Shown here piece by piece: positions 11,290-23,640 of a stretch of DNA of 64,000 nucleotides (positions are counted from its first letter, which is position 1; the number at the start of each line of letters is the position of its first letter). The position numbers and the translations under genes are program-made. The DNA comes from Minutocellus sp. GHC0000111. Lineage: Eukaryota. Where the stretch lies: NCBI GenBank assembly GCA_977018835.1, contig OZ361258.1:2108001-2172000 (forward strand), written 5' to 3'. The notes under the pieces were generated by a model. The model saw only the letters and a list, made by a program, of their open reading frames with translations. It searched no databases and was not told the origin of the DNA.

Positions 11290-12645
11290 ATGGCGTCAGT
11301 ACCGGCCGGGGGTGTATCTTACTCTAGACTAGAGTATGCATCCGGCTCCGCCACGCTCGCCTCGCTCCCCAGAGTGCCACCAGAGCGTTGCATTTCTACT
11401 TGGATAATGAAAGCGAGGCGCCGAAGTCATGCGCCTGCTGCCGCCGTAGCAGCTGTCCTCCTTGGTCATTCACCATTGGCGTTTGTCACAGGGTTCATTT
11501 TCACAGAAAACAGTTATGCTCGACATGTAATTCCACCGGTAGCACGAAGGAGTACCCACGCCAGGGGAGGCTTGTATCGGGCTATCAAATCCGAGGTCCT
11601 TCGGGAGAGCGACACTTGCTCGGTGGAATCTTTGGGCATTGATATTCCTTCGGGCCTGAGGCAAACGCTGATGGCCAATACGCAAAGCGCCATCCATAAA
11701 CGATTTTGGATAGTTGACAACTCGGGTTCGACTTTTCTTGACGATGGCCACTGTCTGCTGACTTTAAATGACAATGGAGATGAGGAGTGCTCAAGGTGGG
11801 ACGAGATTAGCGAAACTGTGGAAAGTCACATCCATCTCGCCTCGTTACTTGGTGCTCCCAGCGAATTCCGTCTCCTCAATCCGCCCAAGAATGGCGGTCC
11901 ACTCGTCCGGGGTCCCCATCGCTTCCGCGTAGGATATGGCCTCAATACACCCTCTCAGGCATCGAAGGATCGCAAGCGAGCCCGGAACATTATGCTGCGA
12001 AATGAGCCATCTGGCAGAACACCCTTACCTGACAGTATCCGAGAAGTTCGTCGAGACATCATTGACATGTTGCCCACTCTCGAAGAAGAGGGGAGCAAGG
12101 TCTGCATCGTCATCGCGACGGACGGTCAGAATACCAACAAGCACAACTGTGGCATTGAGGTCCAAGAAGAAGAACGCCAAGAAGATCTCGTCGCGGCGCT
12201 GGACTCTCTTCGAGGTCTTCCAGTTTTCGTCGTAATCAGGCTATGCATCGACTGGCAACCAACACTGACGTTCTATAACGAATTGGACAAGCGACTGGAT
12301 TGGCTGGACATCGATGTGCTGGACGATCACATTAGCGAGGCAGAGGAAGTCTTTGAACATAATCCGTGGCTTACCTACGCGCGACCTCTCCATCGCATGC
12401 GAGAGATGGGACAGGACTGCCGGTACTTCGACCTCCTCGACGAACGGCCATTCTGTCGACGAGAGGTAAAGGAATTCTGTGCACTCTTGTTTGGATGCAG
12501 TGATCTTATATACTGCGACTGGGAGTCCTTCCCAAGAGAGGTCGATCGTCTCCAGAAGAATGAACGGAAGCAATGGAATCCAAAGACCAACTCGCTAACA
12601 CGTTGGATCGACATCAAGAGCCTCGCCTCGGTACCTGAAGAATGA
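11290..12645 (+). CDS. von Willebrand factor A domain protein, possibly with N-terminal signal (alternative start ATG ~11407)
   Basis: WIVDNSGS (MIDAS-like), SRWDEI, GRTPL, CIVIATDG, VVIRLC, LDIDVLDD...EAEEV...NPWLTY. Confidence 0.8.
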   Translation: MASVPAGGVSYSRLEYASGSATLASLPRVPPERCISTWIMKARRRSHAPAAAVAAVLLGHSPLAFVTGFIFTENSYARHVIPPVARRSTHARGGLYRAIKSEVLRESDTCSVESLGIDIPSGLRQTLMANTQSAIHKRFWIVDNSGSTFLDDGHCLLTLNDNGDEECSRWDEISETVESHIHLASLLGAPSEFRLLNPPKNGGPLVRGPHRFRVGYGLNTPSQASKDRKRARNIMLRNEPSGRTPLPDSIREVRRDIIDMLPTLEEEGSKVCIVIATDGQNTNKHNCGIEVQEEERQEDLVAALDSLRGLPVFVVIRLCIDWQPTLTFYNELDKRLDWLDIDVLDDHISEAEEVFEHNPWLTYARPLHRMREMGQDCRYFDLLDERPFCRREVKEFCALLFGCSDLIYCDWESFPREVDRLQKNERKQWNPKTNSLTRWIDIKSLASVPEE

Positions 12646-12873
12646 TTAATTCTTCTACCCCTACTTGCTATGGAGCGACTGTTGTCCCAGCGTGACTTTG
12701 TCCACATGCCCTGTATATATTTATTTCCGCAGCAAAGTGGCGGTGGTTGCCACAGCACATTACATATTTATTATTTGCGCTTGTACATTGCAACGCTTGT
12801 AAAATTTCATATAGCAATTATTGCAAAAAAGGTTACCGTTACAGCTCTAGCTAGCTAGAAACGTATTTCTTCT

Positions 12874-15800
12874 CTACTTCTCCATCGACGCAAACATTCC
12901 ATTCCGCACGGCAAAAACGTCGTGGGGGTCGATACTTTTCTTCACGTCGAGGAGAGAACGCCGATGATGATCGGAAGTAATGCGAGACATGAAAGGGGCT
13001 CGTAGCTTGCCAACTCCATGATGGTGACTAAGAGATCCGCCACAGAGTAAAATCTCGTCTCTCGCCGCTGCCTCGATTTCTCCATATACTCGACTTGGTT
13101 CTGAGATACCTTCGTAATTCATGCAAAAATAGAAATAGACGCAAGCTCCATTATCGTAGAGCTGCGTCACTCTACTGCTGACAATCGGCTCACCTGGCAA
13201 GAAACGCTTACGGTGTTCTTGGATGATTCGCCTCTTCGTCCGGGCAATGACCTCCTCTACTCTGGACCATGGGACGAATGTTTCAAAGGATTCGGCAAGG
13301 AAGTGGTATGACATGGCAAAGTCTCGAAGGTAGGCAATAGCAAATGTCAGGTCGTAGCCCGCTCGACCAATTTTTGCCCCTGTCGAGACACCACCGTACT
13401 TCGAGGCAAGCTTACCCATTTGCTTCTGTTGGTACTTGACTTCGTCTGCTGAACACTCGTAAGCAATGGTGGCGCACACGGCCTTGTCGGCGGGGAATGC
13501 ATTTGTCCAAGTAGCGATCATCTTCATGAGATGTTCTGCGATACCTGCGAGGCCGGTGGATTCCTTTCGTAGCGCCTGGCCAAGACGGAATTGATCGTTG
13601 TCTAGCAGTCGGACGCTGGCCGGCTTGGTCGATGATGAAGCAACGTCTCGCACAAATCGAAGACCATCTTCAAACGAGGCGAAGACAATGCCGTCATGGG
13701 TGGTGATTTCGGGAAGAGGCCAGATGTTGATGACAGCGCTGGTAATAAAGCCACAGTTTCCCTCCGATCCAAAGATCAGCGAAGAGACATCCATGCCGGT
13801 GGACACGCGGCCAAAAGTTGGGTCGCCGTGATCAACGCTTTGGGAAATACGACCCATGGATCCCACCACACGAACATCACGAACAATATCTTCAATGTTG
13901 CCGTACTTGTTGCGCTTCATTCCGCTTGCCTTTGTGGCAATCCAACCTCCAAGAGTACTGAATTCAATGCTATCAGGTTCATGTCCGATGGTGTACCCAC
14001 GCTCGTTCATCTGAAGAGCAAGGTCGGCACCAGTAATACCAGCTTGAACATGCGCAAGCCCATTGGTCTCGTCGATCCATAGTACTTGATTCATCAGTTT
14101 CATATCGACGGATACAATCGGCCTTGGCTCTTGCTCGAGGGTCGGACAGTGAGTTGCATGTGAGACGTTGGTGCCACCACCAAATGGTATGAGGCACCAT
14201 TGCTCCGCTCTGGCAAGGGCCACGAGACCTTCGACTTCTCGTTCACTGTTGACCCAAATCACAGCATCTGGTAGGCGCAATCGCTCCAGCGAACCACTAC
14301 GAATCAAGTACATATCTTCTTGGGTGTGGCCAGTGCCATGACGCGCCCGGTCCTTTGCCTCGATCGATACCCGGCCTTGATCGCCACCCACAATCTCAAG
14401 CATTTTGTCTACATCACCACTTCGTAAAGCAGAATCGGCAACTTTTGGATTGTGAAGAGCTGGGGACAATGAGACTCGGCGGATATCGACGCGTAGCTGA
14501 CTCTCTTTCTCAAGAAAAGGAATAAGTCTAGGTAGCGCCACATTGCAAATCTTGTAGCGATTGCCCTTCATCACAACAGATCTGGAACCATCCTCTTGCA
14601 CTTCTGCGACAAATCCGGAATCCTGATATCCCCAAGCACCAAAAGACTCCGAAGAACCGATCCCATTGAAAGATGATGAATGGTTGCGGGGTGAATTAGG
14701 TGAAAACAAGGGTGTGACAGGACCATCGTCTGGCAAATCAAAGTCGCTACCAACGCTTGGGCGCTTTGCGGCAATTTGGAAGGATAGTGCAGCTTTGAGA
14801 AGCAGTAGAGGAGGTGAGGAGGAATCCCCCCTGGCCTGCTCCTTGACATATCTCAATGCATGTTGTTCCGACGGAGAATCAAAACCATGATCGTTCAAAT
14901 TCTTTAGAACCGTATTTACAGCGTCATCGGCCACATCAAATAGCCTCGCCAAAGCACTTTTCACTGCAGACATTTCCACATTCCAGATATCAAAGCTGCT
15001 TTCTTCGTCCATCAAATGATGGCCAAGCCACTCACTCCACCGCGGGTGCGTTGATTTGACGAGGGGAGCAAGCAGGTGGCCGAAATGGAGCATCACCGTC
15101 AGTAGCTCATTGCTGTTTCTTGAGATTGGCACGTTGCTGTGGTGCCCATCGCTGGGAAGAGGGGTCTGGATATCGTACGGCGGCCAGAATTGGCCACCAA
15201 GATTTTAATGGCGCCTCGCACAGTCTTATGCTCCAAGCACAAGGCTCTCGAAGCTGCCTCGATGTGATAGCTTGATATCAAGATTTGCTTCATCTGTTCC
15301 CTCTGGATAGTTAGCGCGATAGTGCTGGGGCTTGTTTCATCACCGTCGGCGAGTAGGATTGGCTTGGCAGCGGCAACGTGCACTCGTCCTAGGCGAATGC
15401 GGCCACATGCGACGTCCCAGAGCCATTTCCACAAAGACTGAACGCGTAGACCTGACCTCAACCTCGATATGCCCCCCTCGGCATTCTGCGACAGAGATGT
15501 CTGATCTGGAATCGCTTCATAGTTTATGGCAATTGGAAGAATTACGTGATCTCCTCCCGTCTCTTGCAAACAGCGAATAAAACCAGTCTTCGCTTTTGAG
15601 AAGCGACGGTCCCTACTACGAGTCCCCTCGATAAATACTTCAATGGACGACAAACTGTCATCAGAACAACGATTCATAACCGCTCCTCCGTCTTTGATGA
15701 TTGTGACAGCATTTCGCAGTTCAGGGTCGACCGTACCACGACCTCGTCTCACAAAGAAGGCGCCGGCATATTGCATTAACCAGCCCAAGAGAGGTACGCG

Positions 15801-18800
15801 ATAAAAGTCCTCGGCGGCTGCAATGTAGGGGATATCGAGTCCAAGCTCGGGCAAAGCGAAGGCGACGAAACTGATTATGAGAAAGTCGTATAACGATCGA
15901 TGTGTCGGGGCCAGAATGATGTGACAAGGACGCCCCGCTTCCTTCTTGGCCTTGGCGAGACAAACGACTTTGCTAATGTCAACAGTCAATTCCTCGAGCG
16001 TCATGCGAAAATCTTGACAAGGAGCCACCCTGCGAGGCGGACGAAGATGTTGCCATGAGGCTGGGAAAGGGCCCACAGTGAATCGAGCAATATCGGCCGG
16101 TGAGAGGCACCCGCGATGACCAAGTGCGAACGCGGCCTTGTACCCGCCTGGTTCCTACCATCCACAGAGGATCCTGGCTTGACCTTATTTTTGGTCCCAA
16201 TTTTCCTCACAAATTGCTCTGCTGCCAAGGCACAGTTGAGCATGTATCGCTGCCCATCGAAGCCAGGAGGGGCATCAATTTCGCTGCGAAAGTAAAAGGA
16301 CTTGTTCGTAAAGGGGAAGAACAAGAGAGGAAGATCAAGGAATGGTTGCAGCAGACGAAGATTGCGAGTGATTGGACTTCCGATCCCAAGCTTCTCCAAG
16401 AAGCCTCGAAGGAAGACAATCGGAGAAATAATGACGGCACTACGAACTTTGCGATAAGTGCCGAGCTGCAGGTTGAGCCGAGGAAACAATTTGACGGTAA
16501 ATACCATCCCAATGTACACAACCAGGCGGGACATGTATCCAAAAATGACTCCAACGTGGGTAATGGTGATGGCATAATCGATTCAAAGGAACGAAGCTGA
16601 AGCCTGGGACTTGCTATCCCAGCATGCGGTGAAGATGCGTTTGGTAGTGCGACTGTTTCGGCTTGCACTGCTCGAAATGGAGGCATCAGAAGAGGAGGGT
16701 GATGAAGTGGACAAGATATCATCACATGTCGGAAGATTGACCTTCTGGTAGCTTCCATCCTCTGTAGAAGCGGAAGAGATCGATCTCGAACCAGCAACGC
16801 TATCCGATCTCGCCAAATGGTGGCTGGAACGCTCATCCTCCTCTTTCTCTAAAGATTCAAAAGCTTTTGACAATACAAATCTGCACACGACATCGACAGG
16901 AACGAAGGGCACACTCGTCTTGCCGAAGCTCCAAAGATTGTATGGAAATTTGAGGTATAGGCAAGCAGCCGCCACAAGCGTCGATGGTTTGTAACCTGCC
17001 CAGCCCTCTCGAGGTTCTTGTACCGCAGGACCGACAATACTTGGACGGATGATGATGGTATCGCTGTTCGCATCTCGGAGGAGCAAGTGCTCGCAGATGC
17101 ATTTGCTGAAGGTGTACGTGTTGGGAAAAGCCAGATCATGCATAGCGGCGGAGGCGGAGGATTGGGTCTCCAACATCGATCGATACAGAGCCTGAGGATC
17201 ATACGGATGCATGCGATGGACCTGTTCGGGAAGAGGCGAATCTTCTGTGCCGGTTGATCCACCATGAACAAACGCTGTGCTGATGTACACAAACTTGGCA
17301 TCTTTCCTCTTGAGCTGCTTCGTCAACTGCTGGAGCGGAAGGGAAGATGTAATGTTGGATGCTGCTGCATCTTCAAGACTCTGGGTGAAGCTCACCGAAG
17401 CAGCGCAATGAAATACACGGGATATGCCAAGCTCGTTCTTTACTCGGAGCAAATCCTGACGTGACATTCCAACATCAGGTTGAGTGACATCGCCCTCGAT
17501 GACCAAAACGAGATCATCTTTCTCTTTGTCGGAGAGGAATGAAAACATATCTTCCGACAGAACCTCTGCCATCCTATCTTGAGGTGATCGAGACCCCTTT
17601 GATCGACACAAAACGACGACGCCGGCAATGCCCAATTTCTCACGATGCAAAAGAAGCTCACGAAGAAGCAGCGATCCTATAAAACCAGTCGCTCCCGTCA
17701 ATAGAACAAGATCGTCCGGGTCTGTTGTCTCAACGGACGGAACTTTCAGGGCAGCAGCATCTAGCGCACAACCATTCTGAGCGCTGCACCCGGGACCCCC
17801 GCAACTACCGATATCGTTGACCGAATACTTGCTCATGGCTGTGGAAAGTTGCATGTAGTCCTGCGAGATAAAGTATCGTAGAACCAAAACGATCATTCCA
17901 CATCCAAAAGCGCCCCACAATACAGCTTCCAATGCACCTCGGATCGAATTGAAGGGCCAAATCCAAAGCGCGGCAACAGATCCGATGCCAAGAAGAAGGA
18001 AAGCATTTCTGGTGGCGAAATGTAGGCGATTCTCCTTCATCATCTGCGCGCGAGCATTGGAAGTGCCTTCTCTTGCCTCGTTATCGCAACGCAGCACTCT
18101 CACAATCCGATGGACAAGCGACTTGGACAGAGGATAACTTGGAGCGGGCAGATAGATAATTCCTTTCATCAGCAATTCCGCCATGGGACAATCTCCGTGG
18201 ACACCATCGAGCATCGTTGCACTCGTCAGCTGCGAGGCGCCGCTTGGTGCATCGAATCCCTCACGCTCGAGCAGCTTGCTCATTCTGTTTGGGTCGCCAA
18301 CGTGAACAGGGAAAAGCCAATAGCAATGACGACTCCCCTCGACGCCCCTCGGTACACGAACACTGTGGCTGCATGATTTGACAAGTTGCTGCGATAGCGA
18401 TTGGCACCTTCTCACCCGGGCCGATACCACCGAGGCAGTGGTCGAGGCGGACGAATAAGAAAGCCTCCGATGAAGAAGCGAAAGAAGCGCCGTGCAAGGT
18501 CTCTTTCGGATTTGGCCGATTAGATCGCGCTGCTGAAATCCCCTCAGCATGCTCGTTACCGTCCGGTCGTAATCCAAGCCAAATGTTCTCATCACAAATG
18601 CAACAATCCCACACAGAGACGGATAGAACGACACGAATTGAAGGACCAAGCATTTGATGAGCTTGGCAAGGTACTGTGCATTGGTTTGCTGGCCGCTAAA
18701 GAGCTGCGCCCGCCTCATTTGATCGGCAAGGCCCTCCTTGTCCCTGCGGACGATGGCAATACCACCGCCGAGAGCCGTCGCTGTTTTGATGGTCCCAAAG

Positions 18801-20449
18801 GAATAAAAACAGATGTCGGCCACACCGCTTCTACCGGAATGCGCCAATGTGTCCTGCCGCCGCCGGCTATCACTGCCGCTTCTTCTTCCCGTGTAGCATT
18901 CGGCACGGTCCTCAATGACGTCCAAATCATGACGGTTGGCCAACGATCGGATGGCCGTCATGTCCTCGTCGGTAGTGCAGACCAATCCAAATGGATGGGT
19001 GACGAGAATGGCCACCGTCCGAGGCGTTATCGCCCTTTCTACGGCATCGACGTCCACTCCGATGCGACCCATCTCGCCACTTCCATCGTTTGCATCATCG
19101 TTTGCATCATCCTCCGCATTGTCATCACTACCACTACCACTACTACCACTTCCACACGGAAACGGAGGCGGCAGTATGTCCACGGGAACGACGCGTATGC
19201 CATGATGCTGCAGCACCTGGACCATGCCCGGTATGGTAATGCAGGGTGCCAGAATGATTTCGGATCCCGAGGGAAAGTTCCGACCGGTCAGGTAGGCATC
19301 GAGGAGGGATCGGACCGACAATCCGACGACCACCTCGTCATTTGTGGTATCGTTTGTGGTATCTTTTGCTTCACCATCACCATTTGTATCATCATTTGCA
19401 TCACCATCGCCACCTGCCCCCCAAGCCCGGGCAATGTCGTCCTCGTATCTTCTCCGCACGTCGGTCCGTGCATAATACGACCCAGACGGAAGCAGGACGT
19501 TGCACGTCATCATCCAAAGACACGTGAGGGTGGCATATCCCAAATCTCCAAGGCCAACGTCCAACCGTCCCCGGGGGATGAGCGGTCGGATGCCCGTCCA
19601 CCGCTCCAGGAGGGATGAGGTGGTGGAGGAGGAAGAGGAGGACGGCGATGACGCTGGTGGTATCTGGGCAGATGGACGATATGGCTCGTTTCGTGGCCTC
19701 GTCGTCATTGTCGGTGCAGGCCGAGGCTGGCCCCGAGGTTGAGACCGAGGCCGAGGCGGCGATGAAGGAGGCGCCGGCGGCAAATGCTCGAGGGCATCCT
19801 GAAATGTCTCCTCGGCCGTGCCGGCGGTTTGATCATCATCTCCTTCACTACTTGCACCACCGGCACCACCTCGTCCAGCACCACCTCGTCTCTCATCCAT
19901 AAATTGCCGCTCCTCAAACTTCCTGAGCAAATCCCAGCACTCCCGTCCGACGGGATGATGAGTCTGCGCGGCGGCCAGCTTCACATATTCCATCCGCGCC
20001 TCGTCGAGGGTGTAGACGTCGCACTGGGTCCAGGCATCATACTTGGCGCACGCCACCACGTGGAACACGGACGGCCGGCAGGTGGGCCGGTGGCCATGGC
20101 GGCAAGCGGTAGAATTCGGCCCCTCAACTTCGTCATCACCATCGTCATCGTCATCGTCATCGTCATCATCATCGTCTATTTCATCGTCATCGTCGTATTC
20201 GTGAGGATGGAGCCTCCCGACGGTGCAGCGCTTGTACAGCCCGTACATGCGAAGCCGGACCGAGTCGGACAGCTTGGCACTGCCTGCGTCGTCAGTGCTT
20301 TCGTCGGTATCGCCCCCACCGTTATTGTCACCACCATGACCACGGACGAGGGAAACCACGGCATCGAACAGGCCGCGGGTGGTGGTGGGAACTACAATGT
20401 CGTCGTCACCGCTGCTGGTGGTGCTGCTGCTCATGGTGCTGGCGCTCAT
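12874..20449 (-). CDS. Multidomain ether-lipid synthase: ACBP + DegT/DnrJ PLP aminotransferase + TM + fatty acyl-CoA reductase + DHAP acyltransferase + alkyl-DHAP synthase. As assembled it has a TGA at 16585-16583 and 1-nt slips at ~16008-16011 and ~15203-15206
   Basis: ACBP: LRMYGLYKRCTVG...AKYDAW...ARMEYV. Aminotransferase: VTHPFG, VIEDRAEC, FYSFGTIKTATALGGG. FAR: LLTGATGFIG, FHCAASVSF, YISTAFV, NTYTFSK, IIRPSIVG. Acyltransferase: PTHRSLYDF, GAFFVRR, FIEGTRSR. AGPS: RLPDAV, IPFGGGTNVS, GHEPDSIEFSTLGGWIAT, SGMKRNKYGNIED, GSEG, SHHHGVGK. Confidence 0.88.
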
Positions 20450-21342
20450 GATTCTGGCGCTCTATTGTTCTACAGTGCTAGGCGACGTCGCGGAAAGAAT
20501 CGGGCAATAAGGAGCAAGCACGCCTAAGTAGCAAGCAAGGCAAGGGAATACGAGAGGAAGGAATGGGCCGCCCAGCGGTTTTGGCATGAGCAAGCAAGAT
20601 AAGAATGAGGGCAATTGCACGTACCTAGGTACATGTACGCACATACGTACGAAATAGAAATTGGAATGACTCACTCGACCCATGTTGGCACGTCTTTGCT
20701 GTTTTTTACATGTACCTGGTATTTGCAAGATACCCGACCGATACTCGTAGCTCCACAGCGCAGCTGCTGCTCCTGACTTGGCTTGGTTCCAGTTCCAGGT
20801 ACTCACCACAATAATACCACTCGCCGTGCTCTAGCTAGCTACGTAATTCATACATTTGTACTTCTAAAAAAATGAGAGGGATAGGCTGCTGCGCCTTGGA
20901 GCAGATGCGCTTTGTGGAGAAGTATGTGTTGAATACCTGGAGAGGGATTCCTGTATTGGTCGATCACCCCCTGGGACCTCAAGAGTGACAGGCCACAGGA
21001 GAGCGCAGCTGCCAAGGATCGAGGATGGCTTAGGTCAAGGGACTGCAGAAGCAGCCAATAAAATTCGAACTCAATAAGCGTTTTGGGTCTTGACCTTTGC
21101 TGTATAGATAGCTACGTAGTAGTAAGTACTGTGCAAAAACAACCTCTAGAGTAGAGTTTATTTATGTCAATGTTTGAAATATGTAGATCTATGTGTGAAA
21201 TGTGCCCATGTGAAAAAAAGTTGAGTGGTAAATGAATCGAATCATCGAAGTATCCCAAAAAATAAACGCAGCCCAGCCAACAATGCCGTCACCAACAAAA
21301 CGCTGGTTGCGTCAGAGGGATACAATCCACTCCGGGGGCAAC

Positions 21343-22873
21343 TCAGTCCGAATTGTTGGTGGCGGCATGCTGGTCGAGCTGCTGCTGCTGCTGGTCGGTT
21401 GCGGCGCCGAGGTCGTCACAGGCCGTCCCTGCCGACAAGCCAAAGCCAAAGGGGTCGAGGGGGTCGGAGCTTTTCAGAGTATCTATCTGAGCCTGCATCT
21501 TGGTCTCGGCCTCCTGCATCTGAGCCTTTTGCGCCTGCAGCTGCTCCTGCAGTTCGTTGAACCTCGCCTCGAGCTGCGCCTGCTTCGCGTCCATGGACTG
21601 CCCGTTCTGCTGCAATGGCTGGCCAATCGTCTGCGCCGACTGCTGGCCGGCCTGCTGCAGCGTGGGCTGAGGGGAGGAGGGAGGAGGAACGCCCTGGTGG
21701 TAGGGATGATAGTGATGGTAGTAGGAATGAGGAGAAAGAGGAGGAGGCTGCTGGAGCGATGCATCGTCATCACCACCTGCCGATCCCTGCCAAGGACCGG
21801 ACGTAGCAGCAGCAGCACCCTGCTGCAAACTGCCACGTCGAACGGGGGTGGTACCACGGAGAGGAACGGTGTCGTTGGCACCGACGCCATGGCCGGAAGG
21901 TGGGTAGGTGCCCGCATGGGGATGGTAGTAGTACTGCTGGTAGTAGTGCTGCTGGTAGTAGTCGTGGGCAGCAGCGTAACTGTCGAACTCGTACGTGTTG
22001 GGAGGAGTTACGACGGAAGGGCGGGTTTGGTCCTGCTGGTCCTGGACGCTGCCGAAACTACTCGGGTGGCCAAATGAGTGCCGGCGGCGGCCGCAACACC
22101 AGAGACGGAGGTGCGGTTCGTCGGCGTCTCGACGGCGATGCCGGCGGCGGTGGAAGCAGAAGGTGCGTCGATACGGAGTCTCTTGTTGTTGTTGTTGCTG
22201 CTGCTGCTGCTGTAGTTGAGCGGATGGCGATACATGTACATGTACGGCGGGTGCATGTGTGCGCCGGGGGCAGCCGAAGGCGGGTCGGGCTGGAGGGTTT
22301 GTGTTGTGTGTGGGTTGGCAGTGCGGCAATGGAGAAGTCAGGGGATTTGTTTGTTAGAAGAGCGTACTTTGGCTTGGCATAGTAATGTGCGTGCGGCACA
22401 GGAGCGGAGGCAGGCATGCACACATCACAGATGCCCGGCACGACGAGTTCACAATGAGAATTTCCCGACGATGCAACAAATAAAACAAACGACACGTGCC
22501 ACACTTAGCAGCGTGAACAGGTCACCTTCTTTGTCGTACAAAAGACCAGACAAACAAAGCCTGTTCTTCATGGTATGGAAGGACTGGTTCGGGTTCTTGG
22601 ATCCATACACCCCAACCTTTTTGGAGAAGAGGGCCAGGAAGGAACGTCGGTCGGTGATGCAGAACCAGCGAGGCTCGCGGCCGCTCGTCGTTTCTTGCAC
22701 CTTCATGAACGGAGCGAAGTCCTGGTCTTTGAGCACGTGCTCTTTGAAAAAGGTCCAGAGGCATTTCGTCGAATCGAAAATGCTCTTCTTGAGTTCTCGC
22801 TGCCGCTCGTCGGCGAAGATATCCCCATCCCCGCCAATCGGCACGTCGTCCGACTTCGTCCCAGCGTCCGCCA
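21343..22873 (-). CDS. Probable hypothetical gene: small globular first exon plus low-complexity (polyQ, Tyr/His/Pro) and coiled-coil exon
   Basis: ATG at 22873 (MADAGTKSDD...). Minus-strand CTAAC branch and CCCTCCAG acceptor near 22291. Coiled coil AKQAQLEARFNELQEQLQAQK; (CAG)5(CAA)5 tract at 22183-22212. Exact splice and frame not resolved. Confidence 0.35.
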
Positions 22874-23640
22874 TGGTTGGGTTTGTGCTGCAATCGCAAT
22901 AATAAATGAAAAATGGCTCTCTAGCAGTCGAGAAGCGTATAGTCTTCTCGACTCGTCCGACTCTAGACAAAAATGTGCCAAAAATGCCGCCGGCCCCGCC
23001 GAAAATGCCTGGCTGCCGCCAATATTGGTGGGCCGGGCAGGGGAGATGGGTGGACGGTGGCCGGGTCGTCCGGCTGCTGCGTCATTTTATGCCCGCAAAT
23101 CAGTTTGTTAATTCCATCAGGTATCTTCATGGTTTGATTGCCCTGTATTGTCTGCCTCATCTCCTATTTGCCGGCACAAAAAAGCGGCACATAATTTGTC
23201 CACCACCGTCGTCGTTGTTATCGTTCGAACGGCATGCTGCGTATGGGCTGGGGGCGTCGGCGTCGGCGTCGGGCGATATGCCGAATCAAGTCGGCGGCCG
23301 ATATTTATTGATTACTGTGCTCGTTTTTGTTTTGGATGGTTCGGCATTTGTTTGATCTGCATGTACCAGTACCGGTATTGCTTCGGAACGTCGCTACTTT
23401 GTGCACTGGCCGATGCCGTCGTGCGCCGTCGTGTCGTCGTGTTGTGTTGTGTCCGTTCTGCCTGGTTGAATGCACTCTGGAGCCATCGTTTGTCTCAGCT
23501 GCCATAAGTCCAGCTCTCTCTCCCTCGCTCTCTGCTCTGCCTCCCTTACATTTGATACGATTCAATTCAAAACTCACTCACATGCATATTATTCTCACTC
23601 TATTATTCCAACACAAAAAACTTTGCGCAGATATTCTAAT

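Noticed and set aside
15203..16011. Programmed ribosomal frameshifting between megasynthase domains
   Set aside because: The shifts fall in 4-nt homopolymers like those breaking unrelated genes in the window; no clear slippery heptamer plus structure
16583..16585. Selenocysteine at the in-frame TGA of the megasynthase
   Set aside because: The context (SFL*IDY) suits Trp in the FAR C-terminal region, there is no redox motif, and no SECIS was identified
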